A DNA stretch of 64,000 nucleotides from an uncultured Clostridia bacterium (GTDB lineage Bacteria; Bacillota; Clostridia; Christensenellales; UBA1242): NCBI GenBank assembly GCA_944341445.1, contig CALVLZ010000006.1, positions 2,589 to 66,588 on the forward strand, in the 5' to 3' direction. The notes beneath the pieces were generated by a model, which saw only the letters and a list, made by a program, of their open reading frames with translations, was not told the origin of the DNA and ran no database searches. Both the position numbers and the translations under genes were made by a program. Shown here one piece after another: positions 20,476 through 29,577 of this stretch (within the stretch, counting starts at the first letter, position 1; each line of letters opens with the position of its first letter).

Positions 20476-21810
20476 ATGGAAAAGTTAAGAAACTTAAAGA
20501 ATAGAACTAAAACATATAAAAAGCCTGCAAATCAAAATAAGAATTTTGATTTTATTTTGCAATCTTTAAGTAACTTTCAATTTAAAACAAAAGTATATAA
20601 AATTCACAAAAATAAAGAAGAAACAACAATTTATCCTAAAACAGTTGTTGATAACAATAATAATGAAATTATAATAGATAAAACTGTTGTTAGTGTTACA
20701 AACAAAAAAGTTAAAGAAATGGAAAGTCCCAAAGGAAAAGTGTTCAATTTAATGTTTTTCCTTGTTAATATTCTGGTTTTAGTTGCTGTGTTAATTTATC
20801 AAATTAACACTTATGATGTTATAAGTTTTTCAGAACTGTTAACACTGGGGGCTAATTTTAATTTTGTATATTTGGCAATTGGTGTGTTTGCTTGCATTAT
20901 GTGTTTAGAAACAGTTAGAACACATGTGTTAATTTTAAAGGCAACAAAAGCATCTAAGCCAATTGTTTCTTATAAATCAGTTGCAATATGCAGATATTAC
21001 GATTGCTTAACTCCGTTCACAAGTGGCGGACAATCATTTCAAGCTTTCTACTTAAGCAATAGAGGAATAAGAGGCGGAGTTGCAACTAGTGTTGCTATGG
21101 CAAAATATATGTTTCATCAAATTGCCTTTTTAATTATTTCTGCATTAGTTCTTGTTTTTGGTTTTTCATATATTCAACCAACCAGCACAGTTTTAATTTC
21201 GTTAGGTTCAATTGGATTATGTTGGTCTATAATATCTTTGTCTTGTATGATATTTTTATCATTAAGTAAAAAGTTGGCTCCTAAAATAATAATGTCACTT
21301 TTAAAATTTGCAAGTAAATTAAAAATCGTAAAAGACCCAAGAAAAACTTTTATAATAACAATGCGTCAAGTTATGTATTACCAAAGAAGCATTAAATATT
21401 TTGCTAGAACTTGGTGGGTTGCGTTAGTTTGCATATTTAATAGTGTTGGCATTGTTTTGTTGCAAGCAAGTATTCCTTTCTTTATATACTGCGCTTTTGC
21501 AACTCCAAGTTTTCAAGTTGCAATTAGCATTTTTGTTAAATTTGTTATTTGTGAACTTGCCGTTAAAATAATTCCTCTGCCTGGTGGTTCTGGTGTTGCA
21601 GAAATTTCATTTGCGGCATTGTTTGGAGCATTGTTCTCAGAAGGAACTTTGTTTTGGGCGTTGTTAATTTGGAGATTTTTCTCTTACTACTTGTATCTAT
21701 TACAAGGGATGTTTGTGATAATATACGACTTTGTTTATGGTAACCGAAGAAATGGAAAAAGACTAAAAGGTAAACAAAAACTTGGTCTAAATATAACAAA
21801 AAGAAAATAA
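20476..21810 (+). CDS. Lysylphosphatidylglycerol-synthase-TM (UPF0104) flippase-like membrane protein
   Basis: Multi-TM protein with YYDCLTPFTSGGQ, IPLPGGSGVAE and LLIWRFFSYY family motifs. Confidence 0.8.
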   Translation: MEKLRNLKNRTKTYKKPANQNKNFDFILQSLSNFQFKTKVYKIHKNKEETTIYPKTVVDNNNNEIIIDKTVVSVTNKKVKEMESPKGKVFNLMFFLVNILVLVAVLIYQINTYDVISFSELLTLGANFNFVYLAIGVFACIMCLETVRTHVLILKATKASKPIVSYKSVAICRYYDCLTPFTSGGQSFQAFYLSNRGIRGGVATSVAMAKYMFHQIAFLIISALVLVFGFSYIQPTSTVLISLGSIGLCWSIISLSCMIFLSLSKKLAPKIIMSLLKFASKLKIVKDPRKTFIITMRQVMYYQRSIKYFARTWWVALVCIFNSVGIVLLQASIPFFIYCAFATPSFQVAISIFVKFVICELAVKIIPLPGGSGVAEISFAALFGALFSEGTLFWALLIWRFFSYYLYLLQGMFVIIYDFVYGNRRNGKRLKGKQKLGLNITKRK

Positions 21811-21839
21811 AAGATTTGCAAATTTGCAAATTTTTTTTT
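21811..21839 (+). terminator. Possible Rho-independent terminator
   Basis: AAGATTTGCA-aatt-TGCAAATTTT followed by Ts. Confidence 0.5.
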
Positions 21840-21853
21840 GCACCTAATTATTA

Positions 21854-21882
21854 TTTACAAAACATATTTTGCGTGATATAAT
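21854..21882 (+). promoter_or_regulatory. sigma-A promoter of dinB (extended -10)
   Basis: TTTACA-17 bp-TATAAT, with TG at 21874-21875. Confidence 0.7.
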
Positions 21883-21896
21883 AGTACATATGTTCG
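21883..21896. promoter_or_regulatory. LexA (Cheo/SOS) box
   Basis: AGTAC-ATAT-GTTCG has one core mismatch to the Firmicute GAAC-N4-GTTC consensus and abuts the dinB -10. Confidence 0.65.
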
Positions 21897-21927
21897 ATAA
21901 ATGTTTTGTATGATAGTGGGTGTTGTA

Positions 21928-23169
21928 ATGAGAATAATATTTCATTCAGATTTAAATAATTTTTATGCAAGTGTGGAATGTTTGTATAATCCAAGCATAA
22001 GGAACGATGCTGTTGTTGTGGTTGGAGATGCAGAAAAACGCCACGGCATTGTGCTTGCAAAAAATGGCTTAGCAAAAAAATATGGAATAAAAACAGGTGA
22101 TACAATTTGGGAAGCACAGCAAAAATGCCCAACAAAACTAACAAAAGTTGTTGCAAGATTTGATTTATATAGAAAAGTTTCAAAGATAGTTAAAGATATA
22201 TATCGAGAATATTCCGACAGGGTTGAAAGTTTTGGAATAGATGAAGCTTGGATTGATGTTTCTGAAAGAGTTAGCAATTTTGAAGATGCTTATAATTTGG
22301 CAGAAGAAATAAGAAAACGAATTATAACCGAAGTTGGGTTAACTGTTAGCATTGGTGTTAGTTTTAACAAGATTTTTGCAAAATTGGGCAGTGATTTAAA
22401 AAAGCCAAATGCAGTTAGCGTTATAACACCAACAAATTTTAAGCAAGTTGTTTGGCCTCTAAAATGTGAAGATTTGCTTATGGTTGGGCATTCAACAAAA
22501 GCAAAATTAATAAAAAACAACATTAAAACAATTGGAGATATTGCAAGAGCTGGTAAGAATTTTTTAAAACAAATATTGGGTAAAAACGGGGAAAAACTGT
22601 TCGATTTTGCAACAGGCAAAGAATGTTCAGAAGTTCAAAAAGTTGGTCAACACGACGAAATTAAAAGCATTGGAAACAGCACAACTTGTGCAAGAAATTT
22701 AACAAATATAAATGAAGTTAGGGCTGTTTTATATGTTTTAGCAGAAAGTGTTGCAAATAGAATGAGAGAGGTTAATTTGTGGGCAAGTTGTGTTGCGGTT
22801 AGTTTTAAAACGGAGCAGTTAGAAACGTTTGAAAGACAACAAAAACTAGATTATCCAACAAATTTGGCAGAAGTTATTGGGCATGTTGCTCTTGATTTGT
22901 TTAAGTGTAATTATAATTGGGAATATCAGATTAGAAGCTTGGGTGTTCGAGTTTTAAACTTATGTGATGAACCTTTGCAGTATAATATATTTAATGATGC
23001 GCAAACTATATTAAAAAAAGATAAACTAGAAAGGATTGTGGATAGTTTGCGTGGCAGGTTTGGATATGGAGTTATTAGAAGAGCTTGCATTTTAAAGGAT
23101 GATATGTTGGTAGACTTAAATCCTCAAGATGCATCTCATAAAATACATCCCAAAAGCTTTATATATTAA
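21928..23169 (+). CDS. dinB: DNA polymerase IV (Y family)
   Basis: HSDLNNFYASVE, ESFGIDEAWIDV, VSIGVSFNKIFAKLGSD.KKP, KSIGNSTT, little-finger domain, LRGRFG tail. ATG 21928 preferred. Confidence 0.92.
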   Translation: MRIIFHSDLNNFYASVECLYNPSIRNDAVVVVGDAEKRHGIVLAKNGLAKKYGIKTGDTIWEAQQKCPTKLTKVVARFDLYRKVSKIVKDIYREYSDRVESFGIDEAWIDVSERVSNFEDAYNLAEEIRKRIITEVGLTVSIGVSFNKIFAKLGSDLKKPNAVSVITPTNFKQVVWPLKCEDLLMVGHSTKAKLIKNNIKTIGDIARAGKNFLKQILGKNGEKLFDFATGKECSEVQKVGQHDEIKSIGNSTTCARNLTNINEVRAVLYVLAESVANRMREVNLWASCVAVSFKTEQLETFERQQKLDYPTNLAEVIGHVALDLFKCNYNWEYQIRSLGVRVLNLCDEPLQYNIFNDAQTILKKDKLERIVDSLRGRFGYGVIRRACILKDDMLVDLNPQDASHKIHPKSFIY

Positions 23170-23189
23170 CACACAAATAAGAAATAGCG

Positions 23190-23441
23190 ATGTTTAACAA
23201 AAAAATTGTATCTGTAACAGCAAAATTTTTAACAACGGGTTATATAATGCCTTTAATAATTCATTATTCCGATGATAAAGATTATTTTATTGATAAAGTT
23301 TATAGTTGCAAAAATTGTGCAAGTTTAAAAGTTGGTGGAATAGGGAAAAGGTATGATATAAGAATTGGAAATAAAAGAACATTTTTGTATTTAGAAGATT
23401 CAATTTGGTTTGTTGAAGAAAAAATGGAAAGCAATAATTAA
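23190..23441 (+). CDS. Small conserved hypothetical protein co-transcribed with dinB
   Basis: 83 aa, 20 bp after the dinB stop; ASLKVGGIGKRY...LYLED..WFVE resembles small proteins I recall following clostridial dinB genes. Confidence 0.65.
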   Translation: MFNKKIVSVTAKFLTTGYIMPLIIHYSDDKDYFIDKVYSCKNCASLKVGGIGKRYDIRIGNKRTFLYLEDSIWFVEEKMESNN

Positions 23442-23533
23442 TTTATTGTTTTCTTTTTTTGTTTCACACAAAGTTAAAGTCATAACATATAAAAAATATA
23501 TACCAAATGAAAGTTGAAATTTTGGAGCGTGTT

Positions 23534-24211
23534 ATGGATTATAAAACAATTAAAAACTTAATAAAACTTTCAAATAAACGTATTAAAAAATTAAAACAAC
23601 AAGGTGTTGTTTTTTTAGATAGTAAAAGTTGCATTGTTGGTGCGTATGTTAAAATTGCAAAAGGTGTTGTTATATACCCAAATAACATAATACTAGGCGA
23701 AACAATAATTTATGAAAATTGTGAAATTTTAGAAGGTAATGAGATTATAGATTCAGTTATAAAAAGCGGTTCTAAAATTAGTAAAAGTGTAATACATAAT
23801 AGCAAAATTGGTTCTAACTGTTCAATTGGACCTTTTTCGCACATTAGGCCAAATTGTGAAATTAAAGATAATTGCAAAGTGGGAGCATTTGCTGAAATTA
23901 AAAATAGCACACTTGGATTTGGTTCAAAATTGCCACACTTAAGTTATGTTGGAGACGCTTACGTTGGTGAAAATGTGAACATTGGGTGCGGTGTTATTTT
24001 TGCAAATTATAACGGAAAAATAAAACAAAACACTTATGTTGGAGATGATTGTTTTATTGGTTGTAACTCAAATTTAGTTGCCCCATTAAAAATTGGAAAT
24101 AATTGTTTTATTGCTGCTGGTAGCACTGTTACTAAAAATTTAAACAACGATGAATTCACTATTTCAAGAGTTAAACAAGTTAATAAAAATAACACTTTTA
24201 ACAATAATTAA
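23534..24211 (+). CDS. Stand-alone GlmU C-terminal domain (glucosamine-1-phosphate N-acetyltransferase)
   Basis: Left-handed beta-helix with GPFSHIRP, GAFAEIKNS, KLPHLSYVGDA, NIGCGVIFANYNG, FIGCNSNLVAP, AAGSTVT. No N-terminal uridyltransferase domain. ATG 23534 follows GGAG (the track starts at 23507). Confidence 0.8.
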   Translation: MDYKTIKNLIKLSNKRIKKLKQQGVVFLDSKSCIVGAYVKIAKGVVIYPNNIILGETIIYENCEILEGNEIIDSVIKSGSKISKSVIHNSKIGSNCSIGPFSHIRPNCEIKDNCKVGAFAEIKNSTLGFGSKLPHLSYVGDAYVGENVNIGCGVIFANYNGKIKQNTYVGDDCFIGCNSNLVAPLKIGNNCFIAAGSTVTKNLNNDEFTISRVKQVNKNNTFNNN

Positions 24212-24294
24212 AAAGTTTCAATTATAAAACATAAACGTAGTTAATTAACAAATTAATAATAGTTTTTGACAATATCATATTATTTGGAGGCAAT

Positions 24295-25614
24295 ATGAAA
24301 TATTTTGGAACAGATGGTATTCGTGGCATTTATAATAAAGAAATTAATTGTAATCTGGCTTATAAAGTTGGAAATGCGTTAAGTAAAACTAAAAAGAATG
24401 TTACAATTTTAATTGGCAGAGATACCCGTAAAAGCGGTGGCTCAATTTTAGAAGCGTTAATTAATGGAGTTATTTTAGGAGGTGGGAGTGTTTACGATTG
24501 TGGTATTTTGCCAACGCCAGCAGTTTCTTATTTAACGAAAATTAGTAATGCAGATTTTGGAGTTGTTATAACTGCATCGCACAATCCGAAAGAATATAAT
24601 GGAATTAAGATATTAGATAATAATGGAATAAAATTAAATGAAGATGAAGAAAGCGAGTTTGAAAAACTTATAGATAGTGAACTTATTAAATCTGAAATTT
24701 TAGGCAGTGTTAAAAAAGCGTATAAATTAAAAAAGGAATATATAAATTACATTTCAGGTTGTTGTTTTAAGCCTCTTAAAAATTTAAAAATTGTTTTAGA
24801 TTGTGCTAATGGCGCAACAGTTAAAACGGCAAAACAAATTTTTAAAAAGTGCGGAGCAAAAGTTGTTTGCATTGGTTGTGATTATAAAAACAAAGAAATT
24901 AATGACAACTGTGGTTGTTTGTTCCCTAATAACCTTTCTAAAAAAGTTGTAAAATGTGGCGCAGATTGTGGTTTTGCTTTTGATGGTGATGGTGATAGAG
25001 TTATTGCTTGTGATAGATATGGTGAAATTATTGATGGGGATGAAATGCTATATGCATTAACTTTGCATTACAAAAAATTGGGCTTTAAAAATTTTACTGT
25101 TGTTGGAACATCTTTAACAAATTTGGGTGTTGAAATTGCTTTAAAAAAGAAACATATTAATTTAATAAGAACAAATGTTGGAGATAAATATATCATTGAT
25201 GAATTACTAAAAAACAATAATTGTTTTTTGGGTGGTGAACAGGCTGGTCATATTATAATTAAACATCTGCTAAGTTCTGGTGATGGTGTTTTGGTCGCCG
25301 TTTTATTAAGTTCTATAATTGTTGATTATAAAAAGACTTTAAAAAATGTTACAAGTGTTGAAAAATATAGCCAGTATAGTGAAAACTACATAACCAAAAA
25401 TAAATCTGAGATTATTAAAAATGCTAACTTGTTATCACTAATTGAAAAGTTAAAGAAAGAAAGTTTAACAAAAGTTAGAATTGTTGTTAGGGAAAGTGGA
25501 ACTGAGCCTAAAATTAGAGTGATGGTGGAAAGTAAAAGTGACATTATAAATTCCAATATTGCAAACAGAATTTTAGATTATATAAAGTTTTTAGATAGTT
25601 CTATTAAAGGTTAA
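24295..25614 (+). CDS. glmM: Phosphoglucosamine mutase
   Basis: YFGTDGIRG, TASHNP, FDGDGDR, GGEQAGH, RESGTEPKIRVMVE. Confidence 0.9.
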   Translation: MKYFGTDGIRGIYNKEINCNLAYKVGNALSKTKKNVTILIGRDTRKSGGSILEALINGVILGGGSVYDCGILPTPAVSYLTKISNADFGVVITASHNPKEYNGIKILDNNGIKLNEDEESEFEKLIDSELIKSEILGSVKKAYKLKKEYINYISGCCFKPLKNLKIVLDCANGATVKTAKQIFKKCGAKVVCIGCDYKNKEINDNCGCLFPNNLSKKVVKCGADCGFAFDGDGDRVIACDRYGEIIDGDEMLYALTLHYKKLGFKNFTVVGTSLTNLGVEIALKKKHINLIRTNVGDKYIIDELLKNNNCFLGGEQAGHIIIKHLLSSGDGVLVAVLLSSIIVDYKKTLKNVTSVEKYSQYSENYITKNKSEIIKNANLLSLIEKLKKESLTKVRIVVRESGTEPKIRVMVESKSDIINSNIANRILDYIKFLDSSIKG

Positions 25615-25651
25615 TAAAAAAACACGTAAAATTTTACGTGTTTTTTTATTA
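25612..25651. terminator. Bidirectional terminator (40-bp perfect palindrome) between convergent glmM and SDR
   Basis: TAATAAAAAAACACGTAAAA|TTTTACGTGTTTTTTTATTA. Confidence 0.8.
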
Positions 25652-26458
25652 TTTAATATTTTGTTCGTAATTATAATTTTTATTTTTATAACGTTTTCTA
25701 AACTTTTGTTGATTATCCCAAATTTTCATAACAGTTTTGTGTGGGAAAACTTTTACTAACCTTGTTTGAGTTCTTGCAACAAAACCACAAATTGAAATTT
25801 CTTTTCGTTTAATTGCGTCTTTAATTGCCTTTTTAACAACATCTTCTGGTTTATACATAACTATAAATTTTGTTACAACTTTATTTTCTTGTGTTTCAGC
25901 ACGATTAAAAAAGTTTGTTTTTGTCCAGAAAGGGCAAACGCAAGTAACACTAATTCCTGCATCTTTTAATTCATAATTTAATGCTCTAGAATATGAAACA
26001 ACAAAAGCTTTGCTTGCACCATACACAGCCATATAAGGTGTTGGTTGAAAACCTGCAACTGAAGCAATTTGCACAATTTTTCCACCTTTTTGAATGTATG
26101 GCAAAACAATCTCTGTTAAATGAACCAAAGCTTCGCAATTTAATTGTATCATCGAAACATTTTGTTCAACACCAATTTCATCGTGTCTTCCAAATTTTCC
26201 AAAGCCACTACAATTAATTAGCCATTCAACATTTGGGTTTTCTTCTTTTAAAATGTTTTTTAAACTTTCAATATTTTCTTTTTTTGTTAAATCATATGCA
26301 AAAGTTCTTGTTTTAGTTTTTAAATCTTTAAGTGCAGTGATAAGTTTTTCTTGGTTTAATGCAATTCCCCAAATTTCATCAAATTGCATATTGTCTAGTT
26401 GGTAACAAAATTCTTTGCCCATTCCACTTGAAGCACCTGTTATTATTGCTATTCTCAT
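25649..26458 (-). CDS. SDR family NAD(P)-dependent oxidoreductase
   Basis: TGASSGMG Rossmann motif, INCSGFG, ASVAG, YGASK catalytic motif. Confidence 0.9.
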   Translation of the reverse strand: MRIAIITGASSGMGKEFCYQLDNMQFDEIWGIALNQEKLITALKDLKTKTRTFAYDLTKKENIESLKNILKEENPNVEWLINCSGFGKFGRHDEIGVEQNVSMIQLNCEALVHLTEIVLPYIQKGGKIVQIASVAGFQPTPYMAVYGASKAFVVSYSRALNYELKDAGISVTCVCPFWTKTNFFNRAETQENKVVTKFIVMYKPEDVVKKAIKDAIKRKEISICGFVARTQTRLVKVFPHKTVMKIWDNQQKFRKRYKNKNYNYEQNIK

Positions 26459-26520
26459 AAAATCTCCTTTTCACATAATTTTATAATAATTATAAAATTT
26501 ATAAAAGCGTTTAAAGGCAA

Positions 26521-27969
26521 TTAGTTGTTTTTATTGTTATATGGAATTGTTCTATTGGTGTGGTCAAAAACAAGTTCGCAATTAAACAGGTGAGCATAAT
26601 CATAACTTTTGTTTCTTAAACTGAAACCATCAAGCGGTTTTCTGTTCATTAATAAAATGGAATTTGTGCTATTTGAAATTGTGGATAGAGAAGTTTTATC
26701 ATCTGTTTTACAAAATAATTTAAATCCTGCATCGTTCAGCATTTTTTGTTTGTTTGTGTAATTCCCATTAACAAATATTTCGGGTTCGTTGTTTTGATAC
26801 ATATAAACTGAAGTTTTTCCTATGATTGGGATAACTTCATTTTCAAAGTATGATATTTCTTTTGCAAACTCCATATCAGATAAAGAATTCATACCAGATT
26901 TTCCATACCCATGGCTTGCAAATTCCCAACCAAGATTTTTTAATTTGTTAACAACTTGCAAAGCTTTTTTTATTTCGAACCTGCTTGTTGCATTTGTTCT
27001 TTGTGTTCGGTAGCCAAGTATTCCGTCATATCCATTTAAGCAAATAATACCACGTGCTCCGTTAAAACTAAAATCAGGGTGTTCTTTAATAAAACTTTCC
27101 ATTATTGTAACAAATTCGTTATTATATGTAACTCTATCTTGAATACTTTTTTTGCTTGTGTATGTTGCAATATTTCCGTTTCTATCTAATATTATTTTGT
27201 CAACCATGCCTTTGCTTTGTTTTTTTGATTCATAACTAACATCATCAAAAGAAAAAATTATTGGTTTTTTGTCTGGTGGCAACATTAATTTTTGTTTAAC
27301 AACATTGTTGTTATCGGTTGTATATATACTGTTTATGTTAATTAATATGTAGTTTTTGGCATAAAGTTCGTTTAATATGTTTTTAAATTCTGTTGGAGTT
27401 ATGTAGTTATTATCTAATTCTTTGCTTAAACTGTTTTTGGGGTTTAAGGCTATTTCGGGGTAAGCTAATAAGCAATGTGTGTATAGGTGTTCAATTTCTC
27501 CTTTGTATTCAACAAGTGAAGAATTTTGAATTTCTGCTTTATTAAGTTTTATTAAGTCGTTTATAGTTTCATCATTTATATAATATTTATGTTTGCTGTT
27601 TAGTAGGTTTAATGCTAGAGTGTATTCTTTGTTTTGATAATATGAGTTAGCGGTGCTAACTAATATTTTTTTATATTCTTTTATTAGTTTTGCATATATG
27701 CTATTTGAATTTTTTAAAAGCAAAAAATCTTTTGCATTAACAAAATCTAAAGTATTAATTGCTTCTTCAAATTTGTTTTGTTGTGTTAAGGTTATAACTT
27801 TATTTAACGTTTCGCTATATTCCAATTCCTTTTCCAAAGTTTTAATTGGTGTTGCATAAATGGTTTGCCTATTATTGTTAGTAAAAAAATTAATTAACAA
27901 TGCAGTTGTTGTTAAAAATGCAAAAATTAAAAAGCACAAAATTATATTAATAATTTTTTTTAATAGCAT
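26521..27969 (-). CDS. Membrane-anchored polysaccharide deacetylase (CE4/NodB)-like protein
   Basis: N-terminal TM helix; KKPIIFSFDD, HPDFS.NGARG...GY.GILGYRT and GWEFASHGY. Confidence 0.7.
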   Translation of the reverse strand: MLLKKIINIILCFLIFAFLTTTALLINFFTNNNRQTIYATPIKTLEKELEYSETLNKVITLTQQNKFEEAINTLDFVNAKDFLLLKNSNSIYAKLIKEYKKILVSTANSYYQNKEYTLALNLLNSKHKYYINDETINDLIKLNKAEIQNSSLVEYKGEIEHLYTHCLLAYPEIALNPKNSLSKELDNNYITPTEFKNILNELYAKNYILININSIYTTDNNNVVKQKLMLPPDKKPIIFSFDDVSYESKKQSKGMVDKIILDRNGNIATYTSKKSIQDRVTYNNEFVTIMESFIKEHPDFSFNGARGIICLNGYDGILGYRTQRTNATSRFEIKKALQVVNKLKNLGWEFASHGYGKSGMNSLSDMEFAKEISYFENEVIPIIGKTSVYMYQNNEPEIFVNGNYTNKQKMLNDAGFKLFCKTDDKTSLSTISNSTNSILLMNRKPLDGFSLRNKSYDYAHLFNCELVFDHTNRTIPYNNKNN

Positions 27970-27985
27970 AAAAACCTCTTTTAGT

Positions 27986-28014
27986 TAGTATGCGAAAAAA
28001 AGCTACTTTTATTA
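27986..28014 (-). promoter_or_regulatory. Possible sporulation (sigma-G/sigma-E-like) promoter
   Basis: On the minus strand: TAATA-17 bp-CATACTA upstream of the deacetylase RBS (AGAGG). Confidence 0.35.
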
Positions 28015-28072
28015 ATGTTTTGTTATGTTTAAAAAAATTAATTCTTGTTAATAATTAGCAAACGGAGCTTAT

Positions 28073-28537
28073 ATGAAGAAATTGTTGCTTTTAATGATTG
28101 TTGCTTTCTTTTTGCTAAATATAAAAGTGTTTTCCACGTATTCAGTTTGGGAATATAACTTTAGCGATAATGCAACCGCATATATTAGTTGTTCAAAACA
28201 AATAAATTCTAATAATTATGATTGCGTAAAAAACGGAAATGAGTTTATTTACACATTAAAATTTTGTGAAGTTAAAAATTTTGTTAATAATAGTGATTCT
28301 GTTTTGGGAATTACTGTTAAAGAAAGTTCACAAAATTTTGAAATTTATAATTTTATAGAATTTTTTGATTGTGATGTTGTTAAGGTAAACGAAACAGAAA
28401 ATTACATAGAGTTGCTTTTATATTCAAAAGAATTAAATAATTACGCAGTTGTTGAAAATAGAAAAGTTAACACTCAAATAATAATAAAAAAGGATGTGAT
28501 TAAAATTGGGTATCCTGTAATTTTGCAAAGTTTTTAA
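28073..28537 (+). CDS. YwmB-like secreted sporulation-locus protein
   Basis: Signal/TM N-terminus; LYSKEL...ENRKVNTQI...IGYPVILQSF C-terminus resembles YwmB; lies upstream of the spoIIQ-like and spoIIID genes. Confidence 0.55.
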   Translation: MKKLLLLMIVAFFLLNIKVFSTYSVWEYNFSDNATAYISCSKQINSNNYDCVKNGNEFIYTLKFCEVKNFVNNSDSVLGITVKESSQNFEIYNFIEFFDCDVVKVNETENYIELLLYSKELNNYAVVENRKVNTQIIIKKDVIKIGYPVILQSF

Positions 28538-28543
28538 AATTAT

Positions 28544-28573
28544 GTATAAGATTTAAAAAAAGTGTAAATTATT
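28544..28573 (+). promoter_or_regulatory. Possible sigma-F promoter
   Basis: GTATA-15 bp-GTAAATTATT upstream of the SpoIIQ-like gene. The -35 and spacing fit sigma-F; the -10 is a partial match. Confidence 0.35.
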
Positions 28574-28600
28574 AAACAAGTTTAAGGAGGATTTAATAAA

Positions 28601-29182
28601 ATGAACAATAACAGAATAACAGCAAAAGATAAATTAGTTGCGTTTCTAAAAAAATATGGTTATATATTTGCGTTGGCAATTTTAACAATTGTTATGACAA
28701 TTATTATTAGTGTTTCTGTCACAAAACCGCAAGATATAAATGAGCCGGTTGACAACGAACCAGTATCATTTTATATGCCTGTTGTTAATGCAACAATAGA
28801 AAAAGGGTTTAGTGATACAGAATTAAAATTTAATGAAACATTGAATCAATGGGAAGCTCATAAAGCGGTTGATTTTAAAGTTGCAGATAAAACTGAAGTG
28901 TACGCTGTTTTAGATGGAAAAGTTATTGACGTTCAAACAAACTATTTAAAAGGAACAACAGTTATTATTGAACATAGTAACAACATAAAAACTGTTTATT
29001 CTTCTTTGGCAGAAGATGTTAGTGTTAAAAAAGGTGACACTGTTAAACGTGGTGCTTTAATTGGAAAAGCTTCTAACACTGCAAATTCAGAATTAAAAAC
29101 AGGAGCACATTTACACTTTGAAGTTTTAGAAAATGATGTTGCTGTTGACCCTGCTAATTATTTAAATATTGAAGAAAAATAG
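28601..29182 (+). CDS. M23/LytM-family protein, SpoIIQ-like
   Basis: N-terminal TM; QWEAHKAVD (HxxxD), GAHLHFEV (HxH), VDP.NYL; located between ywmB-like and spoIIID. Confidence 0.75.
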   Translation: MNNNRITAKDKLVAFLKKYGYIFALAILTIVMTIIISVSVTKPQDINEPVDNEPVSFYMPVVNATIEKGFSDTELKFNETLNQWEAHKAVDFKVADKTEVYAVLDGKVIDVQTNYLKGTTVIIEHSNNIKTVYSSLAEDVSVKKGDTVKRGALIGKASNTANSELKTGAHLHFEVLENDVAVDPANYLNIEEK

Positions 29183-29190
29183 TATTTTGC

Positions 29191-29219
29191 TTTACAAGAT
29201 TTTATAAATGTTTTATACT
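29191..29219 (+). promoter_or_regulatory. sigma-A promoter of acpP
   Basis: TTTACA-17 bp-TATACT. Confidence 0.55.
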
Positions 29220-29246
29220 ACCAAAGGTTAAACATGGAGGTATTGT

Positions 29247-29477
29247 ATGACATTTGATAGAGTTAAAGAACTTTTATCTAAACAATTAAACATAAAACAA
29301 GACAAGATTAATTTAGATAGTAAAATTTTAGAAGATTTAGGTGCAGATTCTTTGGATGTTGTTGAATTGCTTATGACTTTAGAAGATGAATTCGGAGTTG
29401 TTGTTAGTGATGAAGAAGCAACAAACTTAAAAACTGTTGAAGATATTGTAAAAATTATAGACGCAAATAATAAGTAG
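29247..29477 (+). CDS. acpP: Acyl carrier protein
   Basis: 76 aa, acidic; DLGADSLDVVELLM.LEDEFG phosphopantetheine motif; RBS GGAG. Confidence 0.95.
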   Translation: MTFDRVKELLSKQLNIKQDKINLDSKILEDLGADSLDVVELLMTLEDEFGVVVSDEEATNLKTVEDIVKIIDANNK

Positions 29478-29478
29478 T

Positions 29479-29504
29479 AAAAAGAGCAATTTGCTCTTTT
29501 TTTT
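29479..29504 (+). terminator. Rho-independent terminator after acpP
   Basis: AAAAAGAGCAA-t-TTGCTCTTTTT plus Ts. Confidence 0.75.
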
Positions 29505-29550
29505 GTTTAAATTTAAAACAGTATAAAATTAAAATTTGTAGAATTTTGTA

Positions 29551-29577
29551 ATAAAAATAAACAAAAAGTCATATTTT
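29551..29577 (+). promoter_or_regulatory. Possible sigma-E promoter of spoIIID
   Basis: ATA-16 bp-CATATTTT; spoIIID is sigma-E-dependent in Bacillus and Clostridium. Confidence 0.35.
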
